Source of the DNA: a virus
Reading direction: 5' to 3' (one strand)
DNA: 36,496 nucleotides
IMG/VR virus record: IMGVR_UViG_2518645528_000001
Shown here piece by piece: positions 17,445-24,605 of the stretch (positions within the stretch are counted from its first letter, which is position 1; the number at the start of each line of letters is the position of its first letter). Below the pieces are notes generated by a model. The model did not search any database and was not told where the DNA came from. It worked only from the letters and a program-made list of their open reading frames with translations. Both the position numbers and the translations under genes were made by a program.

Positions 17445-18191
17445 CTATTCTTTTGAAATTATTGGTAACAGTACACAGCGGCACTGTGGATGTACCGGCG
17501 GCACTACGTGATCACTATCCAATCTAAAGACTTTGCCATCAAGAGGCCCGCACACTGGACAGACCCTTTCATCCTGTGCCGTGATAAATTCTGTTTCCTC
17601 GATGTCGTGTTGTTGGTAGCGGATAATCGTTCCCTGCGTAAATGCGTTGATCGTTTCAGTCCTGGCCATTACTGTTGCTCTCTGAATGCCGATATGATCA
17701 ACTCGATCCGTGATCCTGCCTGCCAGCTCAGGAATTCCCTCACCTCTCTGGATGCCTGTCGTGAGCTGCTCGATGATCTGCTTTGACTGCTCGTCTGAGA
17801 TCCCTTTCAGAGCTGAAAGGTTGCGCACACGCAGTGCGTCAATCGCCCGCCAGTCTGCAGGAGTATTCGCGCCAACCGATACTTCGATACCTGCGCGTGT
17901 GAGGCCGAAGCCTGCATAAGTCGTGCCTGACTGGTATGACTTCCGCACGTAATCGTCAGTGATCCGCTTTCCTGGAAGGATGATTATCTCTGTTGCCAGA
18001 TCTCTGAGCCGATCAGCCAGCCAGGGTGTGTTCACGTCTGCTGCCGCCAGCGTCCTACCTTCTGACTGCTTGAGAGCCTCTACAGCTTGTTTTTTGTAGC
18101 TGCGGAATAATCTGCGCAGAGCTACAGCGTAGCTATTTTGTATCGTTCTTGTGTGGGTAGGCTCTTTTCTGGTGTCAGTGCTGAGGCGCAT
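17445..18191 (-). CDS. Minor head protein (SPP1 gp7 / Mu gpF family; start moved to ATG 18191)
   Basis: RATVMARTETINAF...DERVCPVCGPLDGK...PPVHPQCRCVLLP. Confidence 0.9.
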   Translation of the reverse strand: MRLSTDTRKEPTHTRTIQNSYAVALRRLFRSYKKQAVEALKQSEGRTLAAADVNTPWLADRLRDLATEIIILPGKRITDDYVRKSYQSGTTYAGFGLTRAGIEVSVGANTPADWRAIDALRVRNLSALKGISDEQSKQIIEQLTTGIQRGEGIPELAGRITDRVDHIGIQRATVMARTETINAFTQGTIIRYQQHDIEETEFITAQDERVCPVCGPLDGKVFRLDSDHVVPPVHPQCRCVLLPIISKE

Positions 18192-19392
18192 CTGTAATAT
18201 CCCCTGGCATCTGTTCCGGGAACAGATCTTCCTCTTCGTCATCCTCATACTGCCCCGGATCAATGTTCAGTTGCTCCTGCACCCAGCGCCTCGGAAGCAC
18301 GGAAAAAGGATCGATTGGAGTTGAGCGCATGATATTCGCTATCCATTCTGCTTTGAGTTTTTCATCTTCAGGCGTGATATCGTTGAACACAAGACGCACG
18401 GCGCCGGGTTCCTGCGTGTACAGATTGATCACGTTTGAGTATATGCGTTCAAGTCGCTTCTGGTATCTTGCGATTTTCTGGAGATATGATTCTATGCGCT
18501 TGGCTGCTGTTGCGTCAGTTGATCCGCGCCTCAAGCCGAGAAGCTCCTCCGGGACACCCAGAGCAGCGCACGCCCTCATAATGCTGATGTCGTTGTATGT
18601 ATCGATTCCAGTGAGCCCGCCTTCATCTATGTTCTTGATCTCCACGTCCCGGACTGTGACGAAATCGTTCTTGCTTTCGAGATCCTGGAACTGCTTGTCT
18701 ATATTCTGCAGCACGTCCTGCGGTATGATCTCGCCTTCTTTGCCGACACGGATGTGGTACTTCTTGAAGCCGTGCCTTTCTACTGCAGTAGCAGATGCCT
18801 CTGCGGTCTTGGTGTCGCGCATGATATCATCGTATGCCCTGCCGATGAGAGAAAGGCCGTACATGCTGCCACCCAAGGATTTTAGCTGGATGTGTGTGGC
18901 CTGCTCCGGCTTGAGCTCTATGCCCTGATCGAGCATATCTATCTGCTGCATGTAGCCGTTGATCTTGCCATGATCGTCGTGCAGGATCGAGAAGCTCCAT
19001 GATTCCCTTGCCACGATCCTCTCAAGATCGCCGCCGCGCGTGAATACGTTCTCCTGGAAGCCGTCGCCGTACACAAGCGCATCTATGAGGCCCTGCTCCA
19101 TGACGTAATCGAAATCGAAGCCCTCTAACCATTGCCATACATCGTCTGCAAGATTTTCGTCCTCGCCTTCGAGCCGCCAGCCGTTAGCGAATGCAAATAG
19201 GGCGTAAGTGTCTATCGCTTCTGCGAATACGCCGCCCTGTTCATATATCGTGCGGTATTTCTTCAGGTTCTCCTGATTCCGCATTCTCTCTGAGAAATAG
19301 TTGCGCCTGTTGCTGCCGCCTGACGCTATGTATGTCTTTGGCTGCGCTTCATTCTTGAAGGCTTGAAGTGCCTGCTTTAACCGGTTTAACAC
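18175..19392 (-). CDS. Portal protein (405 aa)
   Basis: Position before gp7-like gene; DALVYGDGFQE, SMYGLSLI, CAALGVPEELLG patterns. Confidence 0.85.
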   Translation of the reverse strand: MLNRLKQALQAFKNEAQPKTYIASGGSNRRNYFSERMRNQENLKKYRTIYEQGGVFAEAIDTYALFAFANGWRLEGEDENLADDVWQWLEGFDFDYVMEQGLIDALVYGDGFQENVFTRGGDLERIVARESWSFSILHDDHGKINGYMQQIDMLDQGIELKPEQATHIQLKSLGGSMYGLSLIGRAYDDIMRDTKTAEASATAVERHGFKKYHIRVGKEGEIIPQDVLQNIDKQFQDLESKNDFVTVRDVEIKNIDEGGLTGIDTYNDISIMRACAALGVPEELLGLRRGSTDATAAKRIESYLQKIARYQKRLERIYSNVINLYTQEPGAVRLVFNDITPEDEKLKAEWIANIMRSTPIDPFSVLPRRWVQEQLNIDPGQYEDDEEEDLFPEQMPGDITDAPQH

Positions 19393-19414
19393 ATTCTAAA
19401 GATTAGGATGAAGG

Positions 19415-19436
19415 TAAATAAAGCTGAAAAAAAAGG
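19415..19436 (-). promoter_or_regulatory. Late-promoter motif copy (portal); T-tract doubles as array terminator
   Basis: CCTTTTTTTTCAGCTTTATTTA, 23 nt before ATG 19392. Confidence 0.7.
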
Positions 19437-19458
19437 AATTGAGTCCAATACATCTCTT

Positions 19459-19641
19459 GTTACATCCCTACTTCTGATAAATGTCACTCTTCAACCAGGC
19501 ACGGGCGGGTATCATTTCTCATGCAAAGAACTGTTACATCCCTACTTCTGATAAATGTCACTCTTCAACACCTGTCAATTATATCCATCAAGCAGGGTAT
19601 GAAAGTTACATCCCTACTTCTGATAAATGTCACTCTTCAAC
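19459..19641 (-). CRISPR. Mini-array: 3 identical 37-bp repeats, 2 internal spacers (37 and 35 nt) plus a terminal 24-nt spacer-like segment (19435-19458)
   Basis: Repeat GTTGAAGAGTGACATTTATCAGAAGTAGGGATGTAAC (minus) at 19459-19495, 19533-19569, 19605-19641; 3' end resembles Cas12f/Cas14 repeats. Confidence 0.93.
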
Positions 19642-19723
19642 ACTACCAGCCCGATATCGGTTTTTTAGCCGAAATTCAGGCGTGCTGGCAATTTATTGAA
19701 ATACTTATAAAGACAAGAAAACA
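19642..19723 (-). promoter_or_regulatory. Array promoter and structured leader
   Basis: TTTATAAG box just after the cas stop; CCAGC...GCTGG stem enclosing TCGG...CCGA and CCGATATCGG. Confidence 0.5.
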
Positions 19724-21295
19724 CTATTGCATAGACACAATATTATTTGCCTGATTTATAAGTTGATTAACTTCATATCCGCAGGACTCACATTTAAAGT
19801 TTTTGATACCTTTGATAAGCTGCGTAATCGCCTTCGCGGGTTTTTTCCCGTTCTTTTGCTTCGCACCACATGACGAGCATACAAGATCATTGCATTTGTT
19901 ATATTTGATCTCTACAATCGGTATGCTTACCTGCATCGCTTTGTGCCTTAGGTAGTCCTGCTGCTGAACGACTGGCCACAGGTTCTTCAGGTAATTCAAC
20001 TGCTTACCGAAGTTCTGTGTTATGCCATTGCCAACATCCCATAGCAGTATCTTGGGATTCTCTGACTGTTCCATGATATAATCTACCACCTTCCTTGATA
20101 TCTGGTGATTATACGTGGATACATACCTCTGTTCTACGTTACCTCTTCTCCGTATCTTCTTCCTTCTGCGCCTGATCTTTCTCATTTTTTCATCAGGTGA
20201 CTTTCTTACCGTAATCTCTGCCCGCTTCTCTTTGAAGTGCCTCTTAGAGAACGCAAGCTGACCTGTTGACATCCACTTAACCGAATTAAGCGCACCATCC
20301 TCATCGTATCCAAACACTCCTATCCTGGTTGGCGATGACAGGACAACGAACGGATCACACTCTTCAATAGCAGGGGGCTGCTTGACCTTGATCTCCAGTG
20401 GATACATTAGATAGTAGTCGCCATTCTTTTTTGTGATGTTGCAATATACGTTATTGTCTGCTTCCATCTTCAGGATATACTGCTTAAGATACTCTTTGCC
20501 CCAGAAGTCTATCCTCTTCCTGCCTTTCCCCCATAATGTGAGATAAAGCTCTCCGTTATCCCACTGTACAAACCCGGAAGCCATCATTATGGTTCTGCAC
20601 TCTTCAAGATGCGGAAATGATATTGGTCGTTTCAGCCGCCTCACATCCATGAGTTTATCATGCAGCCTTCTGATCTCTTTCTGTTCTTTGTCTGAGAAAT
20701 CACGGAATACCTCTTTTGTAGCATGTGCCTTTGCGGTTTTCCATATCATCTTTGGGTTACTGCGCTTTGTATCTGCTGCCTTCTGCTCTATCAGCATTGC
20801 AGCGTGCAGGTATCGCTGATCTGGATATGATGATAGCTCTGCTTCAACCACCCCTAACTCTCTGTTGCGCTTGATCCTCCAGGCATTGTATGATTTCCAC
20901 ATTGCGTATGCTTGAGAGAACAGCATCGCGTAATGCGTCTTAACCGGGATTTCTATGACGCTTTTTAAGTCGTTTGCCACTACACGGTCACCTACACCAT
21001 ATATTTCTTTTCGCACAGTGTATTCACTGTACGTTTTCATAGCGCAGGATGAGCAGTATTTTCGATTGGTGTATCGATTAAGAAAGGTTAGATTCTTTTC
21101 TGTATTGCATTCAGGACATACGCCGTCGATACGGTTTTCTTTCGGGATCTCTTCAAACCGTGAAACAAATACTTGATATCGTTTCTCGATTTCGTTCAGT
21201 GACCAGTTAATGCCAGTTCTGAATGCCTCAAAAAGGGTTTTTAGTTCCTGCTCTTGTGGTATTATCAAATTAAGCTTTATGCCTACTGTTTTCAT
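19724..21295 (-). CDS. Cas12f/Cas14 (TnpB-derived) effector, predicted nuclease-dead (523 aa; start moved to ATG 21295)
   Basis: MKTVGIKLNL start, CPEC...CSSC zinc finger, WPVVQQQDYLRHKA helix, CSSCG...FKCESCGY zinc ribbon, terminal N..N.A.NI motif; RuvC acidic residues replaced; adjacent array. Confidence 0.85.
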   Translation of the reverse strand: MKTVGIKLNLIIPQEQELKTLFEAFRTGINWSLNEIEKRYQVFVSRFEEIPKENRIDGVCPECNTEKNLTFLNRYTNRKYCSSCAMKTYSEYTVRKEIYGVGDRVVANDLKSVIEIPVKTHYAMLFSQAYAMWKSYNAWRIKRNRELGVVEAELSSYPDQRYLHAAMLIEQKAADTKRSNPKMIWKTAKAHATKEVFRDFSDKEQKEIRRLHDKLMDVRRLKRPISFPHLEECRTIMMASGFVQWDNGELYLTLWGKGRKRIDFWGKEYLKQYILKMEADNNVYCNITKKNGDYYLMYPLEIKVKQPPAIEECDPFVVLSSPTRIGVFGYDEDGALNSVKWMSTGQLAFSKRHFKEKRAEITVRKSPDEKMRKIRRRRKKIRRRGNVEQRYVSTYNHQISRKVVDYIMEQSENPKILLWDVGNGITQNFGKQLNYLKNLWPVVQQQDYLRHKAMQVSIPIVEIKYNKCNDLVCSSCGAKQKNGKKPAKAITQLIKGIKNFKCESCGYEVNQLINQANNIVSMQ

Positions 21296-21314
21296 CACAT
21301 TTTCCAAAATATCA

Positions 21315-21430
21315 CCTGTATTGAAGTAGGGTTGGCTCTCCGCCAAAATGACGGGAGCCACCTTGCGCGCTGTAACGGGCACGCATTGCACAGCGCATAT
21401 AGCACTATACAATCGCATCTTAGATATGCT
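21315..21430 (-). ncRNA. Putative tracrRNA in the 5' leader of the cas12f-like gene
   Basis: CCCTACTTC (21331-21323) complementary to repeat GAAGTAGGG; GTTACA (21376-21371) complementary to repeat 3' end TGTAAC; several stems; TATA at 21453-21460. Confidence 0.7.
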
Positions 21431-21474
21431 ATCGTTCCTATACATCTCTATAATATATAACACTTTCGATCATA

Positions 21475-21666
21475 TTAGTTCTTGTAGTGGCTCGGGTATT
21501 TCTCTGTGTGGAAGAATAATTGCATCGTTGCTTTCCAGTGACCGTCCTTGATCTCTCGGACATCGAGCAGGTAATCGAACTTGCCCTGCTTCTCTATGCC
21601 GTCTTTGATCGCTTCTGCTTTTTTTTCTACTTCTTTCCGATCTTTTCCTTCTACTACGAATACCAG
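21475..21666 (-). CDS. 63-aa hypothetical protein with CTG start (not in ORF track)
   Basis: AGGAG 8 nt upstream of CTG; MVFVVEGKDRKEVEKKAEAIKDG...PSHYKN* fills gap after terminase. Confidence 0.4.
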   Translation of the reverse strand: MVFVVEGKDRKEVEKKAEAIKDGIEKQGKFDYLLDVREIKDGHWKATMQLFFHTEKYPSHYKN

Positions 21667-21667
21667 G

Positions 21668-23038
21668 CTACCAGCTCCTTTTTGATACCACTATGCTGCT
21701 GAATCGGTTCACGTCGCCGCTGCCTTCGGATGCGGTCACAGCGAAATCAAATGCGTCAAATGTGTCGTCATGCGATGCGTCCGGGAATAAGCAGAGCTCG
21801 TCCACAAATACGGCCATGTCTTTGCGCAGGAATACTTTCTTATTCTCGAATAGTGCGCTGCGCCTCTGCGCTCTTGTCACTTTGTCTTTGACCGTCTGCA
21901 GTTCCTTGATCGGAAGCGTGGTTGTCCTGATCAGTTCCTGCGCAAGAGCTCGCTGGTACTGGTTGATCTCTATTCCGATGCTGACAGGCTGCCACTGCTG
22001 CGCCTTGAGTCTGATGATCTCCTGCTGCGCCTTGAAGCTGAGCCGGTCGCGGTACAGATCCAGGACGTAGATACTGCCGTTAGGATCGATTCCTAGTGTC
22101 ATGAGCGCGAAGTAATCGGCGGTCTCTTTTTCGCTTATTGCGAGATCCACGCCCTGGTATATTTTCAGCTTCTGCGGTGCCCTGTCATGATCATAGAACT
22201 GCATCCACTCAAAGCGGAATATGTGCCCCTGCTTTGCCAGCTCGACATCGTTCTGGTATTGCATTGAGAATATAAGGCTGCCGAGCTCTGCCTTTATCTG
22301 CAGCAGATCCGTGGAAGAAAACTTTGCAGGCCACAGACTGGAGCCGTCGTCCTGGATGGCGCGCTGGATCTGGACGCTGTACTGCTTGCTGTCCATGAGA
22401 TCCTGGTACAGATCCAGCGGATGATAGCGCGTACCTATGACTACAAGCTGGCCGTGCGGTTCCAGGGTTGGAAGTAATGCAGTACGATACCACTCGCTGA
22501 GCTTCCTGCGCTGCAGCTCTGTCCTGGCGTTCTCGAAATCAACGATGTCGTCGGCTATGATAATATCAAAATGCTTGCTGATCACCGCGCCTGACGCACC
22601 TAATGCAGTGAGTGTGCTTTCTTTTGCCACTATGGTCCTGCCTGAAACGGAGAGCTCGCTTTCAGTCCACTTATCGCTTTTGAAAGTCCCGAAGAGCTCA
22701 AGCAGCCGTGAGTTTCCTTCCAGGTGTGCTTTCATTTCTCTCAAAAATGATTCTGCCTGGCTCTGCGTGTTGCTCACAACAAGGATCCTTGTGTTGCGGT
22801 TCTGTACTATCTTCCAGAGGCAATAGCCGATATCTCCTATCGTGGATTTGCCGAAGCCGCGCGGCGCAAGATCGAGCGATTTCTTACTGCAGGTGATATG
22901 CTCAAGGATCTTCCTGTGGTGCTGTTCTACCTGATAGCCCAGAACATTTCCCAGGAAATAATCTTGATCGAGCATGCAGAGCGCTTTAGTAGATAGCAGC
23001 CTGTTTGAGCTTTGATATGATCCTGGCTCTTCCGACAT
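21668..23038 (-). CDS. terL: Terminase large subunit (start uncertain, possibly 22975)
   Basis: Walker A APRGFGKST, Walker B IIIADD, nuclease GVDLA...DY and HDDTFDA. Confidence 0.93.
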   Translation of the reverse strand: MSEEPGSYQSSNRLLSTKALCMLDQDYFLGNVLGYQVEQHHRKILEHITCSKKSLDLAPRGFGKSTIGDIGYCLWKIVQNRNTRILVVSNTQSQAESFLREMKAHLEGNSRLLELFGTFKSDKWTESELSVSGRTIVAKESTLTALGASGAVISKHFDIIIADDIVDFENARTELQRRKLSEWYRTALLPTLEPHGQLVVIGTRYHPLDLYQDLMDSKQYSVQIQRAIQDDGSSLWPAKFSSTDLLQIKAELGSLIFSMQYQNDVELAKQGHIFRFEWMQFYDHDRAPQKLKIYQGVDLAISEKETADYFALMTLGIDPNGSIYVLDLYRDRLSFKAQQEIIRLKAQQWQPVSIGIEINQYQRALAQELIRTTTLPIKELQTVKDKVTRAQRRSALFENKKVFLRKDMAVFVDELCLFPDASHDDTFDAFDFAVTASEGSGDVNRFSSIVVSKRSW

Positions 23039-23495
23039 CGTCCACCTCCTCTAAAATTACTTTCATGAACTCATTGAACTGCTGGTTTACCTGTACGTTT
23101 ACCTGTACCTCAGGTACTGAGAACCTGCCAAGACGTTTATCAAGAGAATCCAGAGCAGCAACGGCCTTGTCCAGCCCCTGTATAGCTGTCCTGATATCGC
23201 CGTCCTCTTTTGCCTGTCTTGCGAGGTCACGGATCTCTGTGATGAGCTCCTGCCTGGCCTGTACTGTGTCGAGCTCGAGCTCTATGACTTTAACCTTCAG
23301 CTTCTCGTTTTTCTCAATTACGTCGCGGTGAAGCCTGGCCTGTGCCGTGAAATACCGCTGAACTGTGTTGAAGGTTATAGATTGTTTCGATACGTCGGTT
23401 AAAATTCTGGCGATTTCTCGAACTGATTTATTTTTTTCTTTCAATTCCTTTGCCTGTGATTCCAGGCTTAGTTCAACGATTTTATTGAGTTTCAT
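22986..23495 (-). CDS. terS: Terminase small subunit (169 aa)
   Basis: N-terminal HTH (SVREIARIL), helical oligomerisation region, directly upstream of terL. Confidence 0.75.
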   Translation of the reverse strand: MKLNKIVELSLESQAKELKEKNKSVREIARILTDVSKQSITFNTVQRYFTAQARLHRDVIEKNEKLKVKVIELELDTVQARQELITEIRDLARQAKEDGDIRTAIQGLDKAVAALDSLDKRLGRFSVPEVQVNVQVNQQFNEFMKVILEEVDDVGRARIISKLKQAAIY

Positions 23496-23638
23496 AATGT
23501 ATCGGTACGTATCGGCTCAGCCGTTACTTTTTTCCTGTAATCCGTGCATCTATCCGGGTTGCAGGAGTTCCGCTTCATACAGCCTCGCTTCTTGAAGTGC
23601 ACGCAGGACGGTTTGTAGATTTTATTCTTGACGTTCAT
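23492..23638 (-). CDS. Small Cys-rich basic protein (about 48 aa)
   Basis: CVHF...C...C...C..Y pattern; ATGA overlap with terS. Confidence 0.45.
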   Translation of the reverse strand: MNVKNKIYKPSCVHFKKRGCMKRNSCNPDRCTDYRKKVTAEPIRTDTL

Positions 23639-23755
23639 AAGTATAATTGATAAGTGTTTTCCAGTGCAGCGATTCAGGATGTTTGGCTGCGACTGCACGA
23701 CATACGCTTGTCTGAATATTGCAATGTTTGCCGCTCCAGCGACAGGATAGGCAGA

Positions 23756-24208
23756 TCATTCAAGCCCCTCCGCTTTTGCCCGTGCTTCATTGGCATGACT
23801 ATCGAGGAATTTTATAAGCTGCTGTCTGCTCGAAAACTTCAATTCCTGCTGTAGTTTTGCATATCCTGCTGAAGATATTGATTTGTTCCTGTGCTGACTT
23901 AGTATTTCAGGTCGCTCGCTTAGCTTATTCAGACGTAATTCCTGCAGAGCATCGTCCATGATCGCGTGATGCTCTTCTTTCAGCAGTTGCGCCTCTTCCG
24001 CTTCCAGCATTTCAAGGTGCTTTGCTGTCTTTTCTCTCAATCGCCTGACTTCATCAATCCGCTTATGAGTTGCTTTCTTGCCGTCAAGAAATGTGTCAAG
24101 CAGCATTCTTATTACAGGTGTCAGTTGTTTCTCAGGATATAATTCCTGGAACTTAGTGATCTGGTCAGGCCTTAAACGAACTGTCAATGAAATCCATGGG
24201 GTGCTCAA
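23756..24208 (-). CDS. RHH-domain / coiled-coil protein next to the origin (about 150 aa)
   Basis: ISLTVRLRPDQ...LTPVIRMLLDTFL RHH pattern followed by coiled coil. Confidence 0.6.
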   Translation of the reverse strand: MSTPWISLTVRLRPDQITKFQELYPEKQLTPVIRMLLDTFLDGKKATHKRIDEVRRLREKTAKHLEMLEAEEAQLLKEEHHAIMDDALQELRLNKLSERPEILSQHRNKSISSAGYAKLQQELKFSSRQQLIKFLDSHANEARAKAEGLE

Positions 24209-24232
24209 AGTGCACCCACCCATACCGATTGT

Positions 24233-24420
24233 TGAGATACCTTGAGATACCTCATTTTTAGAAAGTCTGAGATACCTTGAGATACCTCATTTTTAGACTG
24301 TTTATATAAAATATCTAACAGAGTCTGAGATACCTTGAGATACCTCATTTTTAGACAGTTACCTTCTGATGCTGTTTTTGCTATTAAATTTGAGATACCT
24401 TGAGATACCTCATTTTTAGA
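24233..24420. repeat. Four identical 30-bp iterons, putative replication origin
   Basis: TGAGATACCTTGAGATACCTCATTTTTAGA at 24233, 24268, 24326, 24391; AT-rich stretch 24301-24314; directly downstream of MCM. Confidence 0.85.
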
Positions 24421-24605
24421 CAGTTGATTTACATAGTTGTGTTTGTTTTGGTCGCTGTATGCTGGTTTTTTTGGTGTTTTGCGTGACTGTGTTGTTGTTT
24501 CTGAAAAAAAGGCGTATATATATAAAATGTTTTTTATTGAGGTTGCGGTAGGTTGCGGTATCTCTAACGAATATATTCTACACGTATAAGGGATTTTTTT
24601 AAACA

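Noticed and set aside
21296-21463. 56-aa N-terminal extension of the Cas12f-like ORF in the track (579 aa)
   Set aside because: The region holds the TATA box, anti-repeats and a GGTGA SD before ATG 21295; MKTVGIKLNL is the typical family start.
21470-21670. Open read-through frame after the terL TAG (possible pyrrolysine read-through)
   Set aside because: Read-through peptide is Arg/Ser low-complexity, and an alternative frame gives a more protein-like 63-aa ORF with an SD.
24233-24420. 30-bp repeats as a second CRISPR array
   Set aside because: Gaps are irregular (5, 28, 35 nt), the repeat is internally tandem, flanks are partly shared, and it lies beside MCM; iterons fit better.
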